Shown one piece after another: positions 40,766-50,566 of a DNA stretch of 64,000 nucleotides; within the stretch, counting starts at the first letter, position 1, and each line of letters begins with the position of its first letter. The DNA is from Candidatus Krumholzibacteriia bacterium (GTDB lineage Bacteria > Krumholzibacteriota > Krumholzibacteriia > LZORAL124-64-63). The notes under the pieces were generated by a model. That model did not search any database, was not told the DNA's origin, and saw only the letters and a program-made list of their open reading frames with translations. Both the position numbers and the translations under genes were made by a program. The DNA lies in the NCBI GenBank assembly GCA_050174015.1, contig JBFXKG010000006.1, positions 128,001-192,000 of the forward strand, given 5' to 3'.

Positions 40766-42008
40766 AGTTCAGGGTCTGGCCCCGGCGCACGACCTCCAGC
40801 TCCACCAGATCGCCCGGATCATGGGCGCGCAGGGCGGTGGTGAAGGTCGCCAGATCGGCGACCGGATGGGACCCCATGCGCACCAGCAGATCCCCTTTCT
40901 CCAGCCCGCAACGGGCGGCGGGGCTGTCGTCGAACACGCCGGCCAGGAGATACCCCCTGACCTCCTCGGTGAAGTCCGGCAGGGTGCCCAGCCAGGTGGC
41001 GCGGTTGGATCCGGCGCCGCTCTCCCCGTCATCCCGGAGGTTCCTCTCGGCCACCATCACCCACACGAGGGGTCCGGGATAGGCGCGCAGCGACGCCAGC
41101 AACCTGTCCGTGTAGGCGGTGACCGCGGCGACGGAGCCCGGATCGACGGTGTCCCAGGTATCGGCCGGTCGGTTGTACTGGGGGTACGGGCCTCCGAAGA
41201 CAAAGAGGACGGGGACCTCCCTCGTGTTGAAGGACATGTGGTCGCTGCCGGACCAGCCCCCCCTGGCAAGGGACAGCGTCAGTCCTCCGGTGTTCGCGGC
41301 CCGGGCCAGTTCCTCCAGGCCCGCGGCCGTACCCACGCCGCTGACGTAGATCTTGCGATCGGTGAGTTGCCCGATGGTGTCCAGGTTGATCATGGCGTCG
41401 ATGCTGTCGAGGGCCACGGGCATGGCCCGCACCATGGCCGCGGAACCCTGGAGGCCCACCTCCTCGGCGTCGAAGGCGACGAAGATGACGCTGCGCCTGC
41501 CCCGGCCGCCGTCGCCGTGGCTGCGGGCCGACTCCATCAGGGTGCGCAGGACGGCCACGCCCGCGGCGTTGTCGTTCGCTCCGGGGTAGTAGTCCTCGGG
41601 GCCCGGCAGACCCGTCGCGCCCGCGGGGTCCACCAGACCCAGGTGGTCGAAGTGGGCGCCGATGACGATGAACCGCCCGGCGAGGGCGCCGTCTCCCGGC
41701 AGGATTCCGGCGACGTTGCGCCCGGTCCCTCCCTCCAGCCGCTGGCCGGCCCAGCCCTCTCCCTGCAGGGGGAACTCCTGGAACCATCCGCCCGCGAAGG
41801 CGGGCTGCAGGCCGGCGGAAGACATCCAGACCGCCACCGAATCGGCGGCGGCCCGTCCCCCGGCGGAGCCCGCGCCCCGACCGGCCATTTCAGGCCGGGT
41901 CAGGATCCTGATCGTCTCCAGGGGGTCGGAGGCTGCCCGAGCGCCAGGGCCGGACCGGACCACGAGCAGGGCGGCCGCCAGGAGGAACGGGAGGATACGG
42001 ATCGTCAC
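40728..42008 (-). CDS. M28 family aminopeptidase with C-terminal PDZ
   Basis: Signal peptide; GAHFDHLG, GANDNAAG, FDAEEVGLQGS, INLD, SDH, PDZ. GTG 42008 overlaps the upstream stop. Confidence 0.88.
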   Translation of the reverse strand: MTIRILPFLLAAALLVVRSGPGARAASDPLETIRILTRPEMAGRGAGSAGGRAAADSVAVWMSSAGLQPAFAGGWFQEFPLQGEGWAGQRLEGGTGRNVAGILPGDGALAGRFIVIGAHFDHLGLVDPAGATGLPGPEDYYPGANDNAAGVAVLRTLMESARSHGDGGRGRRSVIFVAFDAEEVGLQGSAAMVRAMPVALDSIDAMINLDTIGQLTDRKIYVSGVGTAAGLEELARAANTGGLTLSLARGGWSGSDHMSFNTREVPVLFVFGGPYPQYNRPADTWDTVDPGSVAAVTAYTDRLLASLRAYPGPLVWVMVAERNLRDDGESGAGSNRATWLGTLPDFTEEVRGYLLAGVFDDSPAARCGLEKGDLLVRMGSHPVADLATFTTALRAHDPGDLVELEVVRRGQTLNFTVVLGDRADRE

Positions 42009-42712
42009 GGTGTCCCTCCTCGGGGCAGAACGGCGGAAAAAACGGGCCGGGCGCTGCAATGCCCGGCGAAAACCTCGCCGAACCGATCGGCATGGGCGGC
42101 CATGACGACCGGATCGAATCCCCCGTCGGCCATGATCACCGCCAGGACGGCGCGGGCGTCCACCTCGACGCTGGTCCGGTCGGAATCGCTGGTGGGCGAA
42201 CCGAAAGGGCCCCGGGCGTCGAACAGGCCGATGCGCCCGCCCAGGTTGACCGGGCCCTTGCGGATGCCGGGATAGGATTCCCCGTCCCTTCCGACCCGCA
42301 GGACGACGTCCCCCTCCACCTTGTCCAGATCGTACATGCCGATGGGCAGGACGAAGGAGAGCGAGGCCAGGTTGCAGGCGTCCACGGCGCTGTTGATCCG
42401 GTACAGCTCGTCCCCCTTGAGTACGCGGCGCAGCAGGGCCTCGCTGCTGGGCCGGTGGCGCGAGGGATCCATGCCGAAGGCCTTGTAGAGGGCCCGGGCC
42501 GGCGCCAGGGCGGGGATTTCCGACGGCGGCAGGCCGCGATACCGGTCGCGCAGTCCGGGCGCCAGGGCGGCCGTCTCCGCGGCGGCGCCGCCTGACCCGT
42601 CCACCCGGACGTCCTGAAGGACGACCACCCCGCAGAGGATGCGGTCGGCGGCGTCCTCGTCCACCACGAAGGTCCGTCCGTCAGGAAGCCGGCATTCCCG
42701 CACCCGGGTCAC
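42005..42712 (-). CDS. Stand-alone B3/B4 (PheT editing-like) domain protein
   Basis: YKAFGMDPSRHRPSSEALLRR, INSAVDACNLASL, PIGMYDLD, GPFGSPTSDSDRT. GTG start overlaps the rfbB stop. Confidence 0.85.
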   Translation of the reverse strand: MTRVRECRLPDGRTFVVDEDAADRILCGVVVLQDVRVDGSGGAAAETAALAPGLRDRYRGLPPSEIPALAPARALYKAFGMDPSRHRPSSEALLRRVLKGDELYRINSAVDACNLASLSFVLPIGMYDLDKVEGDVVLRVGRDGESYPGIRKGPVNLGGRIGLFDARGPFGSPTSDSDRTSVEVDARAVLAVIMADGGFDPVVMAAHADRFGEVFAGHCSARPVFSAVLPRGGTP

Positions 42713-43746
42713 TTCCGGTTCCCCTCCCGTCCGTAACGGCCTCCGGCTCCGTAGAGGCTCTCGTAATAGGCGGTGTACCGGCCGCTGCGGACCTGCTCCA
42801 GCCAGGCCGTGTTGGCGAGGTACCACTCGATCGTCTCGGACAGCCCCTCGGCGAAGGTCACCGTGGGCGCCCAGCCGAGTTCGGCCATGACCTTCCCGGC
42901 GTCGATGGCGTATCGCCGGTCGTGGCCGGGCCGGTCGGGCACGAAGGTGATCAGGTCCCGGCTCCTGCCGAGCCGGTCGACCAGCAGCCGCACCAGGTCC
43001 AGGTTCTTCAGCTCGTTGCAGCCGCCGATGTTGTAGATCCCGCCGGGAGTGCCCCGCCGCAGCACCAGGTCCACCGCCCGGCAGTGATCGCGGACGTGGA
43101 GCCAGTCCCGGACGTTCTGACCGTCGCCGTAGACGGGCAGGGGCCTGTCCTCCAGGGCGTTGGCGATCATCAGGGGAATGAGCTTCTCGGGAAACTGGTA
43201 GGGCCCGTAGTTGTTGCTGCAGCGGGTGATCAGGACCGGAAAACCGAAGGTCTTGAAGAACGCCCGGCAGAGCAGATCGGCCGCCGCCTTGCTGGCCGAG
43301 TAGGGGGAATTCGGCGCGAGAGGCGTCGTCTCGGTGAAGGCGCCCTCGGGTCCCAGGGACCCGTAGACCTCGTCGGTGGAGACCATGACGAACCGACCGA
43401 CGCCTGCCGCCCGGGATTCCTCGAGCAGGATCTCCGTTCCCAGGACGTTGGTGGTGACGAAGACCTCGGGCCCCTCCACCGAGCGGTCCACGTGGCTCTC
43501 CGCCGCGAAGTGGACCACGGCCTCGATCCGGTGTCCGGTCAGGGCGGCCCGGACCTGGGACCGGTCCCGGACGTCCCCCCGGACGAACCGGTAGCGGGGA
43601 TCCTCCTCGCAGCCTGCGAGATTGCCGAGATTGCCCGCATAGGTCAGCAGGTCGAAGTTGACCACGACGTCGTCCGAACCTTCGAGCAGGAGGCGGATGA
43701 AGTTGGAGCCGATGAATCCCGCTCCCCCGGTGACCAGGATGTTCAT
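42709..43746 (-). CDS. rfbB: dTDP-glucose 4,6-dehydratase
   Basis: LVTGGAGFIGS, HFAAESHVDRS, STDEVYG, PYSASKA, NNYGPYQFPEK, DRPGHDRRYAID. Confidence 0.96.
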   Translation of the reverse strand: MNILVTGGAGFIGSNFIRLLLEGSDDVVVNFDLLTYAGNLGNLAGCEEDPRYRFVRGDVRDRSQVRAALTGHRIEAVVHFAAESHVDRSVEGPEVFVTTNVLGTEILLEESRAAGVGRFVMVSTDEVYGSLGPEGAFTETTPLAPNSPYSASKAAADLLCRAFFKTFGFPVLITRCSNNYGPYQFPEKLIPLMIANALEDRPLPVYGDGQNVRDWLHVRDHCRAVDLVLRRGTPGGIYNIGGCNELKNLDLVRLLVDRLGRSRDLITFVPDRPGHDRRYAIDAGKVMAELGWAPTVTFAEGLSETIEWYLANTAWLEQVRSGRYTAYYESLYGAGGRYGREGNRK

Positions 43747-44579
43747 GCTGCGCCTTTCCCGCCCCGGGCTTGCGCCAGGGCGTCGACCAGTCGTCGGGTC
43801 AGGTCTCTGGAAATCACGGAGCCGGCCTCGGCGGTCGTCTCCTTGAGGGACGACCCCACGATGAAGCCGTCGGCCGCCGGGACGAAGCGGCCGACCGAGG
43901 CGGCCGTCACCCCGCTGCCGACCAGGACCGGACAACCCGGCAGGGCCGCTCGGACGGCGGCGACCTCGGCCGGATCGGTCCCGCTGCCGGTGGCGGCGCC
44001 GGTCACGATGACCGCGTCCGCGAGCCCGCGCAGGCGCAGATCCCGGGCCTCCTCGGCCAGGGGCCGCTCCACCAGCGGCCGGGCGTGCTTGACCCGCACG
44101 TCCGCCAGAATGCCCACCTCGGCGCCCAGTTCCCGCCGCAGGCGCAGGGTCCGCCAGGCCTCGCCGGTCAGGGGGCCCTGATCGGTGGCGGCGGCCCCCA
44201 CGTGAACGTTCACCCGGATGAACCGGGCCCCGGTGACGGCGGCCACGGCGAGGGCGGCCCCGGCGTCGTTGCGCAGCACGTTGATCCCCAGGGGAATGGC
44301 GGGATGCCGCCGCCGGACCGCGCCGGCGAGCTCCGTCATGGCGGCGATGGTGATGGGCGGCACCCTGTCGGGGTGGAAGGGCACGTCGTGGTAGTTCTCC
44401 AGCATCAGGGCTCCGGCGCCGCCGGCGACGAGGTTGTCGGCGTCGGCCAGGGCCGCCTCCCCGACCGCGGCCAGGGAGCCCTCCCAGGCCGGAGATCCGG
44501 GCAGGGCCCGGAGGTGGATCATGCCGATCAGCCCGCCGGGGCAGAGGCGGTGGAAATCATCCTGGGTCCACGTGGTCAT
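43743..44579 (-). CDS. BtpA/SgcQ family TIM-barrel protein
   Basis: GMIHLRALPGSP, LENYHDVPF, GINVLRND, ADVRVKHA, ADAVIVTG, GSGVT. Confidence 0.92.
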   Translation of the reverse strand: MTTWTQDDFHRLCPGGLIGMIHLRALPGSPAWEGSLAAVGEAALADADNLVAGGAGALMLENYHDVPFHPDRVPPITIAAMTELAGAVRRRHPAIPLGINVLRNDAGAALAVAAVTGARFIRVNVHVGAAATDQGPLTGEAWRTLRLRRELGAEVGILADVRVKHARPLVERPLAEEARDLRLRGLADAVIVTGAATGSGTDPAEVAAVRAALPGCPVLVGSGVTAASVGRFVPAADGFIVGSSLKETTAEAGSVISRDLTRRLVDALAQARGGKGAA

Positions 44580-44706
44580 CCGGGCATCTCCTCGGGAAAC
44601 GGGCCTGCCGGCAGGGATCCGGGCCAGGTTGCACTGGCTCCTGGCGCTGCGGGCATGTTAGGATAAATTAGAATCCCGTGCAGATAAAACCAGGAATGGG
44701 GACGCC

Positions 44707-45312
44707 ATGCATATTTTCAACGGCAAGGGCGGCTGGATCGAGGTGATCTGCGGTCCCATGTTCAGCGGCAAGAGCGAGGAGCTGATCAAGCGCATCCGCC
44801 GCGCCCAGATCGCCCGCCGCAGGGTCCAGATCTTCAAGCACGGCATCGACGCCCGCTACGACGCCACCGACATCGTCTCGCACAGCCAGCAGAAGCTGCC
44901 CGGCATCGCCGTGACCGTGGTGACCGACATCCTGGAGATGGTGGACGACCGCACCGAACTGGTCGCCATCGACGAGGGCCAGTTCTTCAGCCAGGACCTG
45001 GTCGACGTGGCCAACAAGCTGGCCAACCTGGGCAAGCGCGTGATCGTGGCGGGACTCGACATGGATTACCGCGGCAAGCCCTTCGGCCCCATGCCCGCCC
45101 TGATGTGCAGCGCGGAATACGTGACCAAGCAGCTGGCCATCTGCATGACCTGCGGGGATCCGGCGAACTTCACGCAGCGGCTGACCGCATCCAAGGACCA
45201 GATCGTCGTCGGCGCCTCCGAGACCTACGAGGCCCGCTGCCGCCAGCACTTCGAACCGCCCCACGAGGAGACGGCCGGGCCGGCAGCGCAGGCGGTCGCC
45301 CGGGACGGCTGA
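44707..45312 (+). CDS. tdk: Thymidine kinase
   Basis: [32 protein letters not shown]-x2-[10 protein letters not shown]. Confidence 0.96.
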   Translation: MHIFNGKGGWIEVICGPMFSGKSEELIKRIRRAQIARRRVQIFKHGIDARYDATDIVSHSQQKLPGIAVTVVTDILEMVDDRTELVAIDEGQFFSQDLVDVANKLANLGKRVIVAGLDMDYRGKPFGPMPALMCSAEYVTKQLAICMTCGDPANFTQRLTASKDQIVVGASETYEARCRQHFEPPHEETAGPAAQAVARDG

Positions 45313-45336
45313 CGGCGTTCCCGGACGGGTCGGCAC

Positions 45337-47274
45337 TCAGTTGAAGAAGTGGGGATCGATGGTCAGCTCGGCCGCCTGGCGCCTCAGCTTGGCGATGGTG
45401 CCCGGACCGAAGCCCAGGAACCGGGCCGCCGCGCTGGGCTCCTCCAGCTCGGCCTCCTGGTCCGGTCCCGCCTTGGCCGCTTCGCCTTCTTCCGCCCCGC
45501 TGCACCAGGCCACTTCCTCCCCCAGGGCGATCATCGCCGCGACCCGGGCGTTCCTGGCGTCCGGATGCTCGAACCGGTGATGCCAGAGCACGGCCTCCTC
45601 GAGTTCCTGGCTGAGGTTCCATTCCCTGATCAGCAGAGCCCCCAGTTCGCCGTGATCGAACCCGAGGATGCGCCGTTCGATGGAGTGGTAGGGCTGACGG
45701 GTGTTGGTGGATTCCATCAGGATCTCCTGGAAGAGTTCCGGATGGTTGCGCGCCAGGACCAGCTGCCCGATGTTCTGCATGAGCCCGCCGATGAACACGC
45801 TGTCGGCGTCCATGCGTCCTGCGGCCTGGGCGACCAGCTGGCCGGCCATGGCCGACAGCACCGATTGCTTCCAGATCTTCCGGTAAAGGAGGCCTGCGCC
45901 GGGGGCCAGGAACACGGACCGGGCCGCGGTCACCAGGGTCCAGTTGCGGATGGCCACGAAACCCAGCCGCACGATGGCCTCGCTGACGGTCTTGATCTCC
46001 CGGACCGCCCCGTAGAACGGGCTGTTGGCGATGCGCAGGACCTTGGCCGTGAGGGCCTGGTCCATGGCCAGGGCCTTTTCCAGGCTCGTGGCGGTGGTCT
46101 TCGGGTCCTCGATGACCGCCATGATGTGGCAGGCCGCCTTGGGCAGGGCGGGCAGTTCGCCGCTCTGTCTCAGGACGTCGTGCGGGGTCAGGGGCTTGCC
46201 GCCCGGGCCCAGGGGATCCCACTGGGGGGTCTCGGGCAGGGCCGCGGAGGATTGGTAGTCCTCGGTCCCGGTCTCGGTGGCGCAGGCCATGCGTCCGCCG
46301 GCCTGGACCGGAACGCCCTGGGGCCCCGCTTCCGGTTCCGGCTCCGGTGCCGACGCCGGCCGATGCGTGGCCGTGTGGGGAGCGATCTCCCGGAACGGAT
46401 CAGGCTCCCAGGTCGACCCCGCCGGCGGAACCACCTTCGGGGGACGGACGAACGTCAGGCCCTCCTCCTGGTTACCCTGCGGCTCGGGGGTGGATTCCCC
46501 GGCGACGTCGCCGGAAGGATGATCGTCGCCCTGTTCGCGGGGCTGGACACGGGACCGGTCGCGGTCGCGCTCGCGGCGCCGGGCCATTTCCTCCCTCCGC
46601 AGGGACGCCACCCGGCCCTGGCGGACCTTCTCTCCCTTCCCCAGCAGGCACATGCGCGCCAGGGCGTACCGGGCCAGGGTCTCCGCCACGGCGAACTCGG
46701 CCGCCTGATGGTCCCCGGCGTCGATGTAGAGGAAGGTGTTCCAGTGGTTCTGGCTGTGCAGGGGCAGGATGATGATCTGGCGTTCCCGGCTGTTCCTGCC
46801 CAGCATCAGGGTCAGGTCCAGGGGGAAGTTCTTCGTGGGGACGGGCCCCGCGTAGACGTTGATCTCCTCCCCGACCGCGGCGAAGATGTCCGTCTTCGAG
46901 ACGGGAATGGGCGCCCGGCCGTCCGGCCGCTTCCGCCTGGCCTCCTCCGGGAGGTTGAGCCCCTCCTCGACGTAGACCTGGAGCCCGCTGGTCCAGCGCT
47001 TGAGCAGGAGGAGCCGCAGTCCGGTCTCCCGGACGAACTTGACGAAGAACCCCGGGACTTCCTTGGTGCTCTGGAGGTGGGTCAGGTCGGACATGCCCTG
47101 GCTCAACCGGGCCATGAGCTTCAGGTCGCCGGCCGGAACCCCCTGGGGGGCGGCAGCCTGCTCCGGGCCCGGCGCAGCCGGAACGGCGGCGGGGTCGGTC
47201 AGTTCCCGGACACGGGTCTGGAGACGATCCAGTGTCGTCAGGATGTCCTGGAGCTCCGGGGTGCTGGTGGCCAA
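45337..47274 (-). CDS. HDOD-domain protein with unknown N-terminal domain
   Basis: C-terminal LPALP, DQALTAKVLRIANSPFYG, AIVRLG, ERRILGFDHGELG, WNLS, WHH; TTG start. Confidence 0.85.
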   Translation of the reverse strand: MATSTPELQDILTTLDRLQTRVRELTDPAAVPAAPGPEQAAAPQGVPAGDLKLMARLSQGMSDLTHLQSTKEVPGFFVKFVRETGLRLLLLKRWTSGLQVYVEEGLNLPEEARRKRPDGRAPIPVSKTDIFAAVGEEINVYAGPVPTKNFPLDLTLMLGRNSRERQIIILPLHSQNHWNTFLYIDAGDHQAAEFAVAETLARYALARMCLLGKGEKVRQGRVASLRREEMARRRERDRDRSRVQPREQGDDHPSGDVAGESTPEPQGNQEEGLTFVRPPKVVPPAGSTWEPDPFREIAPHTATHRPASAPEPEPEAGPQGVPVQAGGRMACATETGTEDYQSSAALPETPQWDPLGPGGKPLTPHDVLRQSGELPALPKAACHIMAVIEDPKTTATSLEKALAMDQALTAKVLRIANSPFYGAVREIKTVSEAIVRLGFVAIRNWTLVTAARSVFLAPGAGLLYRKIWKQSVLSAMAGQLVAQAAGRMDADSVFIGGLMQNIGQLVLARNHPELFQEILMESTNTRQPYHSIERRILGFDHGELGALLIREWNLSQELEEAVLWHHRFEHPDARNARVAAMIALGEEVAWCSGAEEGEAAKAGPDQEAELEEPSAAARFLGFGPGTIAKLRRQAAELTIDPHFFN

Positions 47275-47465
47275 GGCTTTCCTCTCGGATCTGGGCCGGT
47301 CCGGTGGCCGGCGGCTTTCCGATTGCAGGGGGACGCTCCCCTTGCTTCGGCAGAATGCACGATCGGTTGACGGTTATTTCCCCGCGAACCGTCCCCAGGT
47401 TGCGCCAGGCGCGATCTCGGGCTTATCATGGCCATGCCATGCAACTGCCGGACCAATAACCGGGG

Positions 47466-47831
47466 ATGGGGATCTCTTTGCGGATCACGAAAGCCTTCAC
47501 CTTCGATGCCGCCCACTGGCTGCCCAACGTGCCCGAGGGGCACAAGTGCAAGCGTCTGCACGGCCACACCTACGGGGTGACCCTGGCCGTCGAGGGCCCG
47601 CTGGACCAGGCCAAGGGCTGGGTCCTGGATTACGGGGAGATCAAGGCGGCCTTCGCTCCCCTGCTCAAGAAGCTGGACCACCACTGCCTGAATGAAATCG
47701 AGGGGCTGGAGAATCCCACCGCGGAGGTCCTGGCCGGCTGGATCTACCGGGAGTTGAAGCCGGTCCTCCCCCTTCTCGAAGAGGTCGCCGTCCGGGAAAC
47801 CCCCACGACCGAGGCGGTCTTCCGACCCTGA
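47466..47831 (+). CDS. queD: 6-carboxytetrahydropterin synthase
   Basis: FDAAHWL, CKRLHGHTY, LDHHCLN, ENPTAE, ETPT. Confidence 0.95.
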   Translation: MGISLRITKAFTFDAAHWLPNVPEGHKCKRLHGHTYGVTLAVEGPLDQAKGWVLDYGEIKAAFAPLLKKLDHHCLNEIEGLENPTAEVLAGWIYRELKPVLPLLEEVAVRETPTTEAVFRP

Positions 47832-47893
47832 GCCGTGCCGTTCAGCCCGGACCATGCAGAACCTGACGTCCGTTGCGGGCTGGATGGCCCGGT

Positions 47894-50566
47894 TCAGCGG
47901 AGATGGACCGCCTCGACGCTTTCTCCCGGGAGCCACCCGACCCATTCCCCGCCCAGGCTGACGCGGACCCATCCCTCCCGTTCACCCTCGAGGTTCACCG
48001 TCAATCCGTCGTGGACCTCGAAGAGAACCGGGAAGGTGGGCGCCGGACCCGAGCGGACCGAGGCCTCGGCCGCCGTGACCACGCCGAGATCCCTCACCTG
48101 GTCCTGGTAGAAGCGCCAGCCGGTGGAAGCCGAAGCCAGGGTCAGGACCCCCAGAACGGCCAGCATGATCCGGCGCAAACCGTCGGTCACTCCCCCTGCA
48201 TACCACGACCAGACCACCAGGCCCGCCAGGATCCAGACCAGGACCAGGACAGCCGCCCCCCACTGGTCGACCGTGAAGGACCGGACCATTCCCGCGATCT
48301 GGGCGATGAACAGCGGCAGTTCCCCCTCGTTGAGCTCCAGATCCTGGATGTGCCGCCGGACCCAGGCGAGGTTCGCCTGGATGTCGCCATCCCCGGGGGC
48401 GAGCTTTTCGGCCCTCAGATAGCTGGCGACCGCCTTGCCCAGCTGACCGGAACGCGCGTAGGCGTTCCCCAGGTTGTAGTGGAGGACCGGATCGTCCACC
48501 CCGAGGTCCCGGGCCTGGAGATAGAGATCCAGGGCGCGGTCCACCGCGCCCTCGGTGTAGGCCTGGTTGCCCTCGGCCAGCAGGCGGACGGGATCGCTGC
48601 CCGGCCTGGGCTGGGCCCAGACCCGCCCCTGGGCGGGGATCAGGCACAGGATTCCGCCCAGGATCAAGAGAGCCGCACCTGTGCCCCACGGGACGCGCCT
48701 TGGCTTCCTCCTGCCACCTGCGGCATCCAGGGTCCGGAGAATCCGGATGAGATCTTCGGACAGCCCGGAGAGGGCCGCCCCCTCCCCCCCGCCGAAGCGG
48801 GCCGCATCGCACACCGCGAGAATCTCCTGGAGCGCATCGCCCTCCGCCGGATGCCCGTGGTCCCTGGCGTAGGCGGCGACCGTCCTGCCGTCCACGGCCG
48901 CGGGAGGCTGGTCGAGGCGATCGGCCACGTAGCCGCAAAGGGCCCTGGCCAGGGCCGCACCGGCCAATGCGGGATCGGTCTCCTCCGCGCCGGTCTTCAC
49001 CTCGCCCAGGGCCTTCTCCAGGGCCCGACGCCGGCGCAGGCCGGCCGGATCCCGCAGTTCCCGGGCGGATTTCTCCAGGACCATTCGCCAGCCCGCGAGC
49101 AGACCGAGCGGCGCCAGGAGCAGGATCCACCACAGGGGCCCGCCGGTGAAGGCCGCTCCGGTGGCGGACAGGTCGCGAGGCACGGGGTGGATGAAGGCGA
49201 GGTCCTCGCCGAGGCGGGCGATCTCGCTGCGCAGGAAACCCGAAGTCTCGGCGCCCTGAATGGGGTCTTCACCCGGCTCCACGGGGACCGGATCGAACGC
49301 CGCCACGGCGGTCCTGAAGGCGCCGGCCTTGGCATCGAACCACACCACCTGGACCGGAGGAATGACCAGGCTGTCGGCAAGCGACGGGACGATGACCTTT
49401 TCGGTGACCACTTTTCCCAGCAGCCGCGAATCCTGGATCGAGGTCTCGAAATGCTCGGCCGCGTCGTGGATCCGGCTGCCGGGCGGACCCTCGACCTCGA
49501 GTCCCGGGAATCCCTTGAGGAAACCGTCGGAGACCAGCTGGACCTTCAATCCGATGGGCTCCCCCTGGACCGCCGCCTCCTTGTCCAGGCTTCCCTCCAG
49601 ATCGAGACGGCTCGCCACGATGCCGCTGAATCCCTCGGGAACCGGGCCGGGCAGGTCCGAAACCCGGATGATCAAGGAATCTGTCCGGAGCACGCGCGGG
49701 CCCCGCTGCTGCTGGCGGGAGCTGAAGAACAGGTCGAAGACGTCTTCCTGGAAGGTCAGGACGGCTGGCTCGATGACCAGGTCCCCCGTCCGGGTGGGGA
49801 AGAGGGCGTATCGCTTCTGGGTCACGTTGTAGGAGAGGCCCTGCACGACTTCGCGGAAGTTGCGCTCGGTGCCCAGGTCCTCCCTCCAGAACCCCTCGGT
49901 CCGCGGTTCCGTGAACCCGGGGTTGTTCCAGGGCCTGACCCGCCACCAGTACCGGAACGTCAGGATGATCTGCTGGCCGACATGGGCCTCGTTCCGGTCC
50001 GCCTCGAGAGTGATGAAGACATCCTCGCCCGGCGACCCCGCCCTGGCCGACCCGCCTGATCCCTTCCTCGGAGCAGGGGTCCCGGAGCTGCCGGGACGGC
50101 GAACGCGGTTGCCGGAATCCGCCGGAGGAATCCCGCCACCCGATCCCGCGTCCACCTCGATGGGAATGGCTTCGGTCCGGCACTCGTCCCGGCCCGAAAC
50201 GATGAGGACCGGGGGAATGGTGAAATCCGCGTCGCCGACCACGGTCAGATAGTAGGTCCGGCTGACGGACGTCTGGGTCCTCCCGTTGACCATGGTCATG
50301 CTCTGGTTGGTGCCGCCGCCGGCCAGCCGAACGCCGGACGGGGCCTCCAGGTCGAATTCCGCCGACCAACCGACGTCCCCCTCGGCCTTGACCGTCAGGA
50401 CGACCACGCCCCCGACTGCGACGGTGGTGCGGTCGACCTCCGCGGAGCAGGTGAAGGCCCGCGCCGTCCCCGGTCCGCCCAGGACCGCGATCGCCAGGAC
50501 CGCCAGACCCGTCAGGCCGGCGAGGAATCGTTGCGGCTCGCGACTGCCCACCATCCTTCTCACCAC
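47894..50566 (-). CDS. BatD-family protein fused to a BatE-like TPR + TM + SH3 module
   Basis: N-terminal BatD (VDRTTV, YALFPTRTG, VVWFD); C-terminal GNQAY..LHYNLGNAY..YLRA..DIQANL and VRSGP..FEVHDG..GWLP. Confidence 0.85.
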   Translation of the reverse strand: MVRRMVGSREPQRFLAGLTGLAVLAIAVLGGPGTARAFTCSAEVDRTTVAVGGVVVLTVKAEGDVGWSAEFDLEAPSGVRLAGGGTNQSMTMVNGRTQTSVSRTYYLTVVGDADFTIPPVLIVSGRDECRTEAIPIEVDAGSGGGIPPADSGNRVRRPGSSGTPAPRKGSGGSARAGSPGEDVFITLEADRNEAHVGQQIILTFRYWWRVRPWNNPGFTEPRTEGFWREDLGTERNFREVVQGLSYNVTQKRYALFPTRTGDLVIEPAVLTFQEDVFDLFFSSRQQQRGPRVLRTDSLIIRVSDLPGPVPEGFSGIVASRLDLEGSLDKEAAVQGEPIGLKVQLVSDGFLKGFPGLEVEGPPGSRIHDAAEHFETSIQDSRLLGKVVTEKVIVPSLADSLVIPPVQVVWFDAKAGAFRTAVAAFDPVPVEPGEDPIQGAETSGFLRSEIARLGEDLAFIHPVPRDLSATGAAFTGGPLWWILLLAPLGLLAGWRMVLEKSARELRDPAGLRRRRALEKALGEVKTGAEETDPALAGAALARALCGYVADRLDQPPAAVDGRTVAAYARDHGHPAEGDALQEILAVCDAARFGGGEGAALSGLSEDLIRILRTLDAAGGRRKPRRVPWGTGAALLILGGILCLIPAQGRVWAQPRPGSDPVRLLAEGNQAYTEGAVDRALDLYLQARDLGVDDPVLHYNLGNAYARSGQLGKAVASYLRAEKLAPGDGDIQANLAWVRRHIQDLELNEGELPLFIAQIAGMVRSFTVDQWGAAVLVLVWILAGLVVWSWYAGGVTDGLRRIMLAVLGVLTLASASTGWRFYQDQVRDLGVVTAAEASVRSGPAPTFPVLFEVHDGLTVNLEGEREGWVRVSLGGEWVGWLPGESVEAVHLR

